A DNA stretch of 64,000 bases from Planctomycetia bacterium (GTDB taxonomy: Bacteria > Planctomycetota > Planctomycetia > Pirellulales > UBA1268): assembly GCA_021414115.1 (NCBI GenBank), contig JAIOPD010000004.1, positions 4,982-68,981 of the forward strand, read 5' to 3'. The position numbers and the translations under genes are program-made. This document shows positions 19,904 to 29,108 of this stretch, in pieces (the first letter of the stretch is position 1; each line of letters starts with the position of its first letter). Below the pieces are notes generated by a model that saw only the letters and a program-made list of their open reading frames with translations, did no database searches and was not told where the DNA came from.

Positions 19904-22900
19904 CTATCGCGGCCGAGCGGTAGACCCAGGCACTTCAAACGCCCCGAAGGCGTCGAGGGCGTCACCGGTGTGGCTTCTCAGGAGCGGGTCGGCGGGAACT
20001 TTCCCCTGGGCGGAGGCGGCCTCTTGCTGCCGCCAGCGGCGGGCGTGGATCACGAGGTCTTCCGGCGGACCCTCGACGACGATGTGGCCGCCGCCGGCAC
20101 CCGCCTCGGGGCCCAGATCCAGCACCCAGTCGGCCGCCGAGATCACCTCGAGATTGTGCTCCACCACGAGCACCGTGTTGCCGGCGTCCACCAGCCGCTC
20201 GAGCACGTGCAGGAGCTTCTCGATGTCGGCGAAGTGGAGGCCCGTCGTCGGCTCGTCGAGGATGTAGAGCGTGCTCCCCGTGCCGGGCTTGGCAAGTTCG
20301 CGGGAGAGCTTGACCCGCTGGGCCTCGCCACCCGAGAGCTGCGGCGCGGGCTGGCCGAGCGTGACGTAGCCCAGGCCGACATCGACGAGCGTGTCGAGGA
20401 TCCGCGCGACGTGCGGCACCGTGTCGAAGAAGTTCGCCGCGTCGGCCGCGCTCATCTCCAGCACGTCGGCGATCGATTTGCCATGCCACTTCGCCTGCAG
20501 TGTCTCCGACGAATAGCGGCGGCCGCGACAGGCCTCGCACTCGACCCACACGTCGGGGAGGAAGTGCATCTCGACGCGGCGCTGCCCGAGCCCCTCGCAG
20601 GCCTCGCAGCGGCCGCCCGCGACGTTGAACGAGAACGTGCGGGGCGTGAAGCCGCGGGTTCGCGATTCCGGCACCTTCGCATAGAGCTGACGAATATGGT
20701 CGAAGACGCCGGTGTAGGTCGCCGGGGTCGAGCCGGGAGTCGAACCGATCGAGTCTTGATCGACCAGGATCACTTTGTCGATCTGGTCGAGCCCCTTGAG
20801 GGCGTCGAACTGACCCGGCTGTTCCCGGGCGGCATGGAGTCGCCGCGCCAGCGCCCGCCAGAGCACCTCCAGCACGAGCGAGGTTTTTCCCGAGCCGCTC
20901 GGGCCGGTGACGGCTGCCAGGACACCGAGCGGAAACCGCGCGTCGACGCCCTTGAGCGTGCGGTGACGAACCCCGCGGAGATCGAGCCAGCCCGTCGGCT
21001 CGCGACGGCCCTGCTTCGCCTTCCGCGCGAGCACCGCGTCGCAGGCCCGCCGCTTCGAGAGATACGGCCCCGTGACGCTCTCCGGCAACGTTTCGAGCTT
21101 CGCGGGCGCGGCGGACGCCACGATCCATCCCCCCTCGCGGCCGCTACCGGGGCCGAAGTCGAGGGCGTGGTCGGCCGTCGCGACCACGTCGCGGTCGTGC
21201 TCGACGACGACGATCGTGTTACCGAGGTCGCGGAGTTTTCCGAGGGCCGCGATCAGGCGGTGGGTGTCGCGGGGATGCAGCCCGATCGTGGGCTCGTCGA
21301 GCACGTAGAGCACGCCCGTCAGTCCGCTGCCCACCTGCGCGGCCAGACGGATTCGCTGCAACTCGCCCCCGGAGAGACTCCCGGCGGGCCGGCCCATGTC
21401 GAGGTAGTCGAGGCCGACGTCCACGAGAAACGACACCCGCGCCTTGAGCTCACGGAGGAGATCGCCGGCGATCTTGCGATCGGCGTCGGAGAGCGTGATC
21501 GTGGCAAGCTCATTGTGGAGACGTCCGAGTGGCATCCGGCCCCAGACGTCGAGCGTGCGGCCCCAGAGTGTGACGGCGCTGGCCACGTCGGCGAGCCGGC
21601 TGCCGCCGCATTCGCTGCACGGCACCTCGTCCATCACGGCATCGACCTTGCCGCGGAGGGCGACGACGAGGCGGGCCGCCTCCTCGCAGGCGGCTTCGAG
21701 GCCTTTGAAGCGGAAGGAGAACCAGGGGGCCTGACGGGTGGAGCGCGTATTCCCCGCGCTTGCGCTTGGGGCTTCCTCAGGACGGGAGGGCGAGGTGATG
21801 GGCCGCGTATTCCCCGCGCTTGCGCTTGGGGCTTCCTCGGAGGTGGCGGTAATGGCGGCCGCGGGTTGCCGGGAGCGAGGAAGGGGGACGTCGATCCACT
21901 TGTCGCCCGTGCCCTCGAAGAGCACTCGCTGCTGGAGGCCCGAGAGATCGGCGAGCGGCACGTTGATCGGCAGGCCGGTGGTCTTGCAGAGGGCCTCGAG
22001 CATCGCCCGCCCGATTCGCCTCCCCTGCGGTCCGTCGAGCATCGGCCAGAGGTCGAGCGCGCCCTCCCCGAGCGACAGCGACGGATCGCGGACGAGGGCC
22101 TTGCGGTCCACGCCCGTTCGCGTGCCGAGGCCGTCGCAACTCGGGCACCAGCCGAGCGGACTATTAAAGGAGAACTGCCGCGGCTCGAGCGGCTTGAAGC
22201 CGCGACCGCAGTCGGGGCAGGCCAGCCGGCGGCTCAACACCTCGACCGGCCAGTCGGGCTCGTCGAGCGGCGCGCCGTCGTGGTCGTCCACGCAGCGGGC
22301 CACGAGCATCGTGCCGCCGCCGGCATCGAAGGCCGCCTCGACGCTCTGCGCCAGGCGACTGCGGGCCGCAGGATCGGCGGCGACCCGGTCGATCACGATC
22401 TCGATTCGGCTCTTCCGCTTGCGATCGACCGTGGGCTTTTCATCGAGCCGCACCGTGCGGCCGTCGATCCTCACGCGGACATGGCCCGCGGCCAAGAGCG
22501 ACGCGAAGAGCGCCTCGGGAGTCTGGCCGACCTTGATCTCCACGGGGGCGAGCAGCAGGAGTTTCGTGCCCGCGGGATGGACGAGCAGCCGATCGACCGT
22601 CTGATCGACGCTTTGCGATCCCACCGGCGTGCTGCAGTCAGGGCAGTGCATCTGCCCGAGCCGTGCCGCAAGCACGCGGAAGTGGTCGTACATCTCGGTG
22701 AGCGTGCCGACGGTGGACCGCGGCGTGCTCCCCGTCGCCCGCTGCTCGATCGCCACCGCCGGTGACAGGCCCTCGATCTTCTCGAAGAGCGGCTTCGGCA
22801 CCTGGCCCACGAACTGCCGCGCATACGGGGAGAGGCTTTCGACATACCGCCGTTGTCCCTCCGCATAGAGCGTGTCGAAGGCGAGCGAGGTCTTGCCGCT

Positions 22901-25900
22901 GCCGCTGGGCCCGCAGCAGACGGTGGTCTGGCCGCGGGGAATGTCGGCGTCGACGTGCTTGAGGTTATGCAGCGCGGCGCCGCGGACGGTGATCGAAGGC
23001 GGCCCGGGATCGCGGGACTTCTTGCCGACCGTGGCCAGCATCGCCTGGATGGCCTTGGCGGGATCGGCCACCTTCTTGCGGCGCACGGCGGGCTTGCGGG
23101 GAGCCTTGGCCCGCGCCTTCGCCGCCGCGAGCAGCGGGGCAAGTGCCTGCCCCGTGTGCGAGGCTTTGACCTTCGCCACCTGCTCGGGGGTGCCCTCGGC
23201 GACGATGCGGCCGCCGCCGCCGCCCCCTTCCGGTCCGAGATCGATTACCCAGTCGGAACGCTTGACGACGTCGAGGTTGTGCTCCACGACGAGCACCGTG
23301 TTGCCCGCATCGACGAGTCGCTCGAGCACGGTGAGCAGCTGCCGCACGTCGGCCATGTGCAGGCCGGTCGTCGGCTCGTCGAGGATGTAGAGCGTTTTCC
23401 CGGTGGACCGCTTCGCCAGCTCTCGCGAGAGTTTCACCCGCTGGGCCTCGCCCCCCGAGAGCGTCGGCGAGGGCTGTCCGAGATGGAGGTAGTCGAGACC
23501 GACGTCGTGAAGCGTCTGCAGCTTGCGGGAGATGTCGGGGGCGTCGGCGAAGAGTTCGAGCGCCTCGCCGATCTCCATGTTCAAAAGATCTGCGACGCTC
23601 TTCCCTTTCCAGCGGACTTCGAGCGTGTCTTTGGCAAACCGGGCCCCGTCGCAGACGTCGCAGGTCACCCACACATCGGCCAGAAAATCCATGTCGAGGC
23701 GGACGGAGCCGTTGCCCTCGCAGGCCTCGCACCTCCCTCCCGATACGTTGAAGCTGAAGCGGCCCGCCTTCCAGCCCCGCTTCTTCGCGTCGGGCAGCAT
23801 CGTGAACAGGTTGCGGATGTCGTCCCAGACCTTCACATACGTCGCCGGATTGCTCCGCGGCGTGCGGCCGATCGGCGACTGGTCGATCACGATCACCTTG
23901 TCGAGCTGCTCGGCCCCGATGATCCGGTCGAACTCGCCCGGCTGGGCCACCTCGCTGCCGAGCAGCCGGCGGAGCTCCGGCTCGAGCACGTCGCCCACCA
24001 GCGAACTCTTGCCGCTGCCCGACACGCCCGTCACGCAGACGAGCAGGCCGAGCGGAATCTCGACGTCAACGCTCTTGAGGTTGTTATGCCGCACGCCTTC
24101 GAGCCGCAGGGACTTCCCGGTGGGTGGCCGTCGCTTCGCGGGCACCTCGATCGCGTCGCGACCCGAGAGAAAAGCGCCGGTGAGGCTGCGGTCGCTCTTG
24201 GCCACGTCGTCGGGCGTGCCCGCGGCCACCACCTCGCCCCCGCGCTTGCCGGGCCCGGGGCCAAAGTCGACCACCCAGTCGGCCGCCCGGATCGTGTCTT
24301 CGTCGTGCTCGACCACGACCACCGTGTTGCCCTTGTCACGCAGGGCCTCGAGCGCGCCCAGAAGCTTGACGTTGTCGCGGGCATGCAGGCCGATCGAGGG
24401 TTCGTCGAGCACATAGAGCACGCCCGAGAGCCCCGAGCCGATCTGGGCGGCCAGCCGGATCCGCTGGCTCTCGCCCCCCGAGAGCGTCGGAGCCTTGCGA
24501 TCGAGGGCGAGATAGCCGAGGCCGACGCGGTCGAGAAACTCGAGCCGGCTCGAGATCTCCTTCATGAGTTCCACGGCAATCACCCGCTGCGTGTCGTCGA
24601 GCACGAGCGCCGTGAGAAACTCCCGGGCCTCCGCGATCGGCAGGGCACAGAGCGCGTCGAGCGAGAGCTCCGCCTCGCGGCTGGTCGCGGCCCGCCACGC
24701 CTTCGAGGCCGTGCGAATCCGCACCGCGCGGGCCTGTGGCGAGAGCCGCGCCCCCTGACAGTCGTGGCAGGGGGTGATGCTCATCAGTTTTTCGAGCATC
24801 CGACGGAGGATGCTGCTCTTGGCGTTGCGCCAGCGGTTGGCGAGCAGGGCACAGAGGCCCTCGAACTTCGTCTTCGCGCCCCGCTCGGCGCGGCCCCGCT
24901 TCCACGAGAGCGTGACCTCGTCGATGCCGGTGCCGCTGAGCCAGATCTTCTTCTGCTGCGCGGTGAGATTCTTCCAGGGCGTGTCGAGGAGCGTGCCGGG
25001 ATCGAGTTTCTTCTTCGCCTCCGCATGCGCGGCCACGCCCGTGAGCAGCCGCCGCAGCCACCGCGGCATGTCGCGAAAACTGCCCAGCACGCCGATCGCC
25101 CCCTTGCGGAGCGTCTTGTCGGGGTCGGTGACGAGCTTCGCGGGATCGATGCCGTAGATGTCGCCGAGGCCTTCGCAGGTCGGGCAGGCTCCCTGCGGAC
25201 TATTGAAGCTGAAGAGCTGCGGCTCGGGCGTCGAGTAGCTCACGCCGCAGGTCACGCAGGCATAGCGGCTCGAAAGGACGAGGTCTGAAACCGGTGCCTG
25301 ACCCCGTTTCGGAGCGGCGCTTTTCTCGGCGTCGGCCGCCGCCGGCTCCACGGCCACGATCACCTGCCCACCGCCGGTCTTGAGCGCGAGTTCCACCGCC
25401 TCGGCCAGCCGGCTCCGCGTGGCCTCCGAGGGAATCAGCCGGTCGATCACGACGTCGATCGTGTGCTTGAGCAGCTTTTCGAGCGGCGGCGGGTCCTCGA
25501 CCCGGCAGACGCGGCCATCGACCCGTGCCCGCGTGAAGCCCTGCCGGACCAAGTCGGTGAAGAGGTCGCGGTGTTCCCCCTTTGCGTCGCGAACGAGCGG
25601 GGCGAGGAGCATCACCCGCTGGCCGTCACGGGCCGCGAGGATTCGCTCCACGATCTGGTCTCGCGGCTGCGCCTCGAGCACCGCGTCGCAGGCCGGGCAG
25701 TGGGCCGTGCCCACCCGCGCGTAGAGGACTCGCAGAAAGTCGTGGATCTCCGTCATCGTGGCGACGGTCGAGCGGGGATTCGTGCCTGCCGACTTCTGGG
25801 CGATCGAGATCGACGGCGAGAGGCCCGTCACGCTGTCGACATCGGGCCGGGGCAACTGCCCGAGGAACTGTCGGGCGAAGGTGGAAAGGCTTTCGACATA

Positions 25901-26062
25901 CCGCCGCTGCCCCTCGGCATAGAGGGTGTCGAAGGCGAGGCTCGACTTGCCCGAGCCGCTCACACCGGACAGGCAGACGAGCCGCCCTCGGGGCAGGCCA
26001 ACCGTGACATCGCGGAGGTTGTGCTCGCGGGCGCCCCGGACGACGATGGGAGGAACGTGCAT
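19904..26062 (-). CDS. uvrA: Excinuclease ABC subunit A, double-length (two fused UvrA units)
   Basis: 2052 aa. Four Walker A motifs (GVSGSGKSS x2, GPSGSGKTS x2), four LSGGE signatures, FDTLYAEGQRRYVESLS twice, and Zn-finger CxxC pairs. Confidence 0.96.
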   Translation of the reverse strand: MHVPPIVVRGAREHNLRDVTVGLPRGRLVCLSGVSGSGKSSLAFDTLYAEGQRRYVESLSTFARQFLGQLPRPDVDSVTGLSPSISIAQKSAGTNPRSTVATMTEIHDFLRVLYARVGTAHCPACDAVLEAQPRDQIVERILAARDGQRVMLLAPLVRDAKGEHRDLFTDLVRQGFTRARVDGRVCRVEDPPPLEKLLKHTIDVVIDRLIPSEATRSRLAEAVELALKTGGGQVIVAVEPAAADAEKSAAPKRGQAPVSDLVLSSRYACVTCGVSYSTPEPQLFSFNSPQGACPTCEGLGDIYGIDPAKLVTDPDKTLRKGAIGVLGSFRDMPRWLRRLLTGVAAHAEAKKKLDPGTLLDTPWKNLTAQQKKIWLSGTGIDEVTLSWKRGRAERGAKTKFEGLCALLANRWRNAKSSILRRMLEKLMSITPCHDCQGARLSPQARAVRIRTASKAWRAATSREAELSLDALCALPIAEAREFLTALVLDDTQRVIAVELMKEISSRLEFLDRVGLGYLALDRKAPTLSGGESQRIRLAAQIGSGLSGVLYVLDEPSIGLHARDNVKLLGALEALRDKGNTVVVVEHDEDTIRAADWVVDFGPGPGKRGGEVVAAGTPDDVAKSDRSLTGAFLSGRDAIEVPAKRRPPTGKSLRLEGVRHNNLKSVDVEIPLGLLVCVTGVSGSGKSSLVGDVLEPELRRLLGSEVAQPGEFDRIIGAEQLDKVIVIDQSPIGRTPRSNPATYVKVWDDIRNLFTMLPDAKKRGWKAGRFSFNVSGGRCEACEGNGSVRLDMDFLADVWVTCDVCDGARFAKDTLEVRWKGKSVADLLNMEIGEALELFADAPDISRKLQTLHDVGLDYLHLGQPSPTLSGGEAQRVKLSRELAKRSTGKTLYILDEPTTGLHMADVRQLLTVLERLVDAGNTVLVVEHNLDVVKRSDWVIDLGPEGGGGGGRIVAEGTPEQVAKVKASHTGQALAPLLAAAKARAKAPRKPAVRRKKVADPAKAIQAMLATVGKKSRDPGPPSITVRGAALHNLKHVDADIPRGQTTVCCGPSGSGKTSLAFDTLYAEGQRRYVESLSPYARQFVGQVPKPLFEKIEGLSPAVAIEQRATGSTPRSTVGTLTEMYDHFRVLAARLGQMHCPDCSTPVGSQSVDQTVDRLLVHPAGTKLLLLAPVEIKVGQTPEALFASLLAAGHVRVRIDGRTVRLDEKPTVDRKRKSRIEIVIDRVAADPAARSRLAQSVEAAFDAGGGTMLVARCVDDHDGAPLDEPDWPVEVLSRRLACPDCGRGFKPLEPRQFSFNSPLGWCPSCDGLGTRTGVDRKALVRDPSLSLGEGALDLWPMLDGPQGRRIGRAMLEALCKTTGLPINVPLADLSGLQQRVLFEGTGDKWIDVPLPRSRQPAAAITATSEEAPSASAGNTRPITSPSRPEEAPSASAGNTRSTRQAPWFSFRFKGLEAACEEAARLVVALRGKVDAVMDEVPCSECGGSRLADVASAVTLWGRTLDVWGRMPLGRLHNELATITLSDADRKIAGDLLRELKARVSFLVDVGLDYLDMGRPAGSLSGGELQRIRLAAQVGSGLTGVLYVLDEPTIGLHPRDTHRLIAALGKLRDLGNTIVVVEHDRDVVATADHALDFGPGSGREGGWIVASAAPAKLETLPESVTGPYLSKRRACDAVLARKAKQGRREPTGWLDLRGVRHRTLKGVDARFPLGVLAAVTGPSGSGKTSLVLEVLWRALARRLHAAREQPGQFDALKGLDQIDKVILVDQDSIGSTPGSTPATYTGVFDHIRQLYAKVPESRTRGFTPRTFSFNVAGGRCEACEGLGQRRVEMHFLPDVWVECEACRGRRYSSETLQAKWHGKSIADVLEMSAADAANFFDTVPHVARILDTLVDVGLGYVTLGQPAPQLSGGEAQRVKLSRELAKPGTGSTLYILDEPTTGLHFADIEKLLHVLERLVDAGNTVLVVEHNLEVISAADWVLDLGPEAGAGGGHIVVEGPPEDLVIHARRWRQQEAASAQGKVPADPLLRSHTGDALDAFGAFEVPGSTARPR
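21744..21838 (-). repeat. Two in-frame direct copies (35 bp, 60-bp period) of REP-like unit B2 inside uvrA
   Basis: CGCGTATTCCCCGCGCTTGCGCTTGGGGCTTCCTC at 21744-21778 and 21804-21838, each encoding EEAPSASAGNTR. The core matches the intergenic unit at 38149-38174. Confidence 0.95.
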
Positions 26063-26188
26063 AGAGGTGGGGAAAACGCGTGATGCGGGGAGGACGGCCC
26101 GACCATTGTAGCGCTGGACAGCGCCCGCGGCGTGCCGTACGATCGAGGTTTCCCACGGGAAATCGGCCGCTCAGGCTGTTTCCCGGCC

Positions 26189-26261
26189 GGGGCGGTAGCT
26201 CAACTGGGAGAGCGCGGCGTTCGCAATGCCGAGGTTGGGAGTTCGATCCTCCTCCGCTCCA
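26189..26261 (+). tRNA. tRNA-Ala (anticodon CGC), CCA not encoded
   Basis: Acceptor stem GGGGCGG/CCGCTCC with G3:U70, D-arm TAGCTCAACTGGGAGAGC, anticodon arm CGGCG-TT CGC AA-TGCCG, T-arm GTTCGATC, discriminator A. Confidence 0.95.
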
Positions 26262-26264
26262 TTA

Positions 26265-26301
26265 CAAGGCTGCACGGCCATCCATGGCCCGTGCAGCCTT
26301 G
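26265..26301 (+). terminator. 13-bp stem hairpin directly after the tRNA (terminator-like or processing signal; no U-tract)
   Basis: CAAGGCTGCACGG (26265-77) pairs with CCGTGCAGCCTTG (26289-301). Confidence 0.5.
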
Positions 26302-26379
26302 GAAGTCGATCGGCCCTCCGGGCCTTGTGCGTGGGTTGTGGATGGTGGTTGCGCCCGTGCAGCCTTGGGGTGCGTCAGC

Positions 26380-27012
26380 ATGGCCACGGATTCCAGGGTG
26401 ATGCCCCGTAGCACGGTGGCGAGCGACCCGTCGACCGCGCTCATGTTGCGGGTGCGAGATGGTGACGCCGAGGCGTTTGCCGAACTGGTGGTGCTGTGGC
26501 GTGACCGGCTCGTCACGCTCTTCCTCCACCATACGGGCGACTACTCCACGGCCGAGGATCTGGCCCAGGAAGTGTTTCTCCGGGTCTACCGGTCGCGGGC
26601 CACCTATCAGCCGACGGCGAAGTTCACCACCTGGGTCCACACGATCGCCAACAACGTGGCGAGTGATCTGCGGCAGCGGGCCTACCGACGGCTCGAGCGG
26701 GGTGTGCCGGCGACCACCTCGGCCTCGTCGACGGCGATCGGTCTCGATCAGCTTGCCGTGGCGGCCAGCGGCCTCTTGCCGGCGCGGCTCGCCGACCGCA
26801 CGGAACTCCGGGCGGTGGTCCAGGATGCGATTGCCGGGCTCAACGAACGGCAGCGGATGGCCGTGCTCCTCGCGAAGTTTGAGCAGTGTTCCTACGAGGA
26901 GATCGCGGCGGCGATGCAGCTCACGGTGCCCGCCGTGAAATCGCTGCTCTTTCGGGCACGCGATCAGCTCCGCGAGGCGCTCGAGCCGTATCTCCAAGAG
27001 GATGATCGATGA
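26380..27012 (+). CDS. ECF-type RNA polymerase sigma-70 factor
   Basis: Region 2 (GDAEAFAELV, AEDLAQEVFLRVY, FTTWVHTIANN) and region 4 (YEEIAAAM..VPAVKSLLFRAR). Start at 26380 or 26401. Confidence 0.92.
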   Translation: MATDSRVMPRSTVASDPSTALMLRVRDGDAEAFAELVVLWRDRLVTLFLHHTGDYSTAEDLAQEVFLRVYRSRATYQPTAKFTTWVHTIANNVASDLRQRAYRRLERGVPATTSASSTAIGLDQLAVAASGLLPARLADRTELRAVVQDAIAGLNERQRMAVLLAKFEQCSYEEIAAAMQLTVPAVKSLLFRARDQLREALEPYLQEDDR

Positions 27013-28037
27013 CCGCCGAGCGCAGGGAGACTCGAACGGATACGGCGGCCGCGGCCACGGTGCATGACCTGCCAGCCCGCGATCTCGCCGGTCTCTGGAA
27101 CGTGCTCGATGTGCTGCCGCGGGCCTCGTCGTCGATCGACATGGCGGCCACGACCGTCGATATGGTGGCGGTGGCGGCCGCCGCGCCGCCTCGCGGAACA
27201 GGCAGCCGTTCGAGGTGGCTCCTGCCGGTGGTCGCCGTGGGCGTGAGCCTCGTGGCCGGTGCGATTGCGGGCCGCATGACGGCGGCCGATCCTGATGGGC
27301 GGGTCCTCGAATACCTTCCGCTGATCCGCCATCTCGAAACCCTTCAGGAGGCGGGAACGACGAACTTTCTCAAGTCGCTTGCCGACCGGCCGCTGCCGCA
27401 GCCGTTACGCCTGCCCCCGGATACCGCCCGGGAGGAAATGCGCGAGTTCGACGAGACGCTGCGCGATCTCGAAGCCGACCATGTCTGGGGCAGTGCGGCA
27501 CGCACGCTCTTGACGGACCGTCGCGCCGCCATCGACACGCTCACGGCGGACGAGCGCGATGCCCTGGAACGTGCGGCGGTGGCGTTTCAACAACTCTCGA
27601 CGGCAGCGCGGCGCGATCTCGCCGCCGTGGCGGCGGTGCTCGCCGAACCCAAGCGTCAGGATCTGCGGGATGCGGCTCGGGCATGGCATCTGCTGATCGC
27701 CGCCAGTGATCCTCCTGACCGCAGGAACATCGTCGCACTTGACGAGAAGAGCCGGCTCGAATGGATCGACCGCCGGTCGCGGCTCCGCGACTGGGACCGC
27801 GGTGACCGCCGCGGACCGCCGCCGCCGAGCGAGGGCGGCCCGCCGCGTCCGCCGGGGCCTGGTGGACCGCCTGGCGAAGGGCGGCCGCGATGGCAGGGGC
27901 CGCGCGGCGAACGCGGCGGACCACGCCCCGGCGAACTCAGGCCCGGGGACTCCCGTCCCGGCGGCCCACGCCCCAATGAACCCCCGCGCGATGGTTTGCC
28001 GCCCAATCCCTCCATCGAGCAGCCGCACGACGGGTAG
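27009..28037 (+). CDS. Probable single-TM anti-sigma factor with Pro/Gly/Arg-rich C-terminal tail
   Basis: ATGA overlap with the ECF gene. Short N-terminal cytoplasmic part (LWNVLDVLP), one hydrophobic helix (WLLPVVAVGVSLVAGAIAG), helical periplasmic part and a low-complexity tail. Confidence 0.6.
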   Translation: MTAERRETRTDTAAAATVHDLPARDLAGLWNVLDVLPRASSSIDMAATTVDMVAVAAAAPPRGTGSRSRWLLPVVAVGVSLVAGAIAGRMTAADPDGRVLEYLPLIRHLETLQEAGTTNFLKSLADRPLPQPLRLPPDTAREEMREFDETLRDLEADHVWGSAARTLLTDRRAAIDTLTADERDALERAAVAFQQLSTAARRDLAAVAAVLAEPKRQDLRDAARAWHLLIAASDPPDRRNIVALDEKSRLEWIDRRSRLRDWDRGDRRGPPPPSEGGPPRPPGPGGPPGEGRPRWQGPRGERGGPRPGELRPGDSRPGGPRPNEPPRDGLPPNPSIEQPHDG

Positions 28038-28084
28038 GGTGACGATCGTCATGGGCGATCCGTGAGGCGTGGTATGGCGTGGCC

Positions 28085-28193
28085 GGGAAGCCCGGAGCGC
28101 GAGCGACGGGAAAGCGGGTGGCTCTCCGTGAGGGTTCCGCCGAGCGGGACGAGGCGGAGGGCGTATTCCCCGCGCTGGCGCTTGGGGCTTCCC
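28085..28193. repeat. REP-like doublet B1>-57 bp-<B2
   Basis: GGGAAGCCCGGAGCGCGAGCGACGGG at 28085-28110 and inverted B2 at 28168-28193, between convergent genes. Confidence 0.9.
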
Positions 28194-28280
28194 GAGACAG
28201 ACAGCATGCCAGCCGCTGGCAACGAGTGCGGTCTTGTTCTCTTCGCGAGTGCTTCAGCCAAAACGCTCCGTTGCCGCCCC

Positions 28281-29108
28281 TTATCCCCGGATCTTCTCGC
28301 CGAGAAACTCGAGCAGCGCCGCGTTGAAGACTTCGGGGGCCTCGAGCGGCGTCAGGTGACCGGCCCGAGGTACGATTAGGAGTCGCGCGTCGGGAATGAT
28401 CTCCTCCGCGGCCGCGAGGCACTCAGGCGGGGTGAGTAGGTCATCGGCTCCCACGACGAGGAGCGTGGGCATGCGAACATGCCGCATTGTGTCGGTCATG
28501 TCGGGACGATCGCCGAGCGCCGCGAGTGCCGCCTGGATGGTGCCCACCCGCTGCTCGACGATCATCCGCCGCAGCGCCGCCTCGTTGTCGCGGTGCCGCG
28601 CCACTGTCATCGTGTCGGCGTTGGCCGGCATCGGCGCGAGCAGCCGGGGGATCATCGCGTCGGCGAGGATCGACAGCCCCAAGCGGCCGACCTTCGCGGC
28701 CAGATCGACGCGGACTGCACGGGCCTCGGGTGTGTCGGCCTCGAGTCTGGTGTCGACGAGTACCAGCGACGCGACGCGGTCGGGATGGCGGGCCGCGACA
28801 TGCTGGGCGACATAGCCTCCCATCGACACGCCGCACACCACCGCCGGCCGGGTGACGTGCAGGCTGTCGAGGAGGGCGACCGCGTCATCCGCCATCTGGG
28901 CGATGCTCTCCGGTCCGGCTCCGTCGCTCGCCCCGAAGCCCCGGAGATCGGGAGCGATGATCCGCAGGTGATCGGCAAGCGGCGCCTGCAGGTCCCACAT
29001 GGAATGGTCGAGAGGAAAGGCGTGCAGCAGCAGGAGCGGGAGGCCGCTGCCGGCGGAATGCACCGCCAGCCGCGTGTCGCGGAGCGTGACGTGATGAATC
29101 GGCATCAT
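28281..29108 (-). CDS. Alpha/beta-fold hydrolase
   Basis: Motifs LLLHAFP, PDLRGFG, nucleophile GVSMGG, PTLLVVG.DD, AGHLTPLEAP. Confidence 0.9.
   Translation of the reverse strand: MMPIHHVTLRDTRLAVHSAGSGLPLLLLHAFPLDHSMWDLQAPLADHLRIIAPDLRGFGASDGAGPESIAQMADDAVALLDSLHVTRPAVVCGVSMGGYVAQHVAARHPDRVASLVLVDTRLEADTPEARAVRVDLAAKVGRLGLSILADAMIPRLLAPMPANADTMTVARHRDNEAALRRMIVEQRVGTIQAALAALGDRPDMTDTMRHVRMPTLLVVGADDLLTPPECLAAAEEIIPDARLLIVPRAGHLTPLEAPEVFNAALLEFLGEKIRG

Noticed and set aside
21744-21838. 35-bp repeat / 25-bp spacer / 35-bp repeat as a mini CRISPR array
   Set aside because: Only two units, in frame within uvrA, no cas genes, and the unit is the dispersed REP-like element.
19970-25288. Long plus-strand ORFs (931 aa and 811 aa) opposite uvrA, and similar ones at 4303-6261, 8519-10756, 33449-36091 and 50817-52877
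   Set aside because: Typical stop-poor antisense frames of high-GC coding DNA, with no recognisable motifs.
27790-28010. Repetitive GPR/RPG-coding region at the end of the anti-sigma-like gene
   Set aside because: Low-complexity protein tail without exact DNA periodicity; unrelated to the repeat families.
26189-28200. tRNA-Ala as the integration site of a genomic island
   Set aside because: No integrase and no duplicated tRNA 3' end seen in the window. The downstream genes look native.
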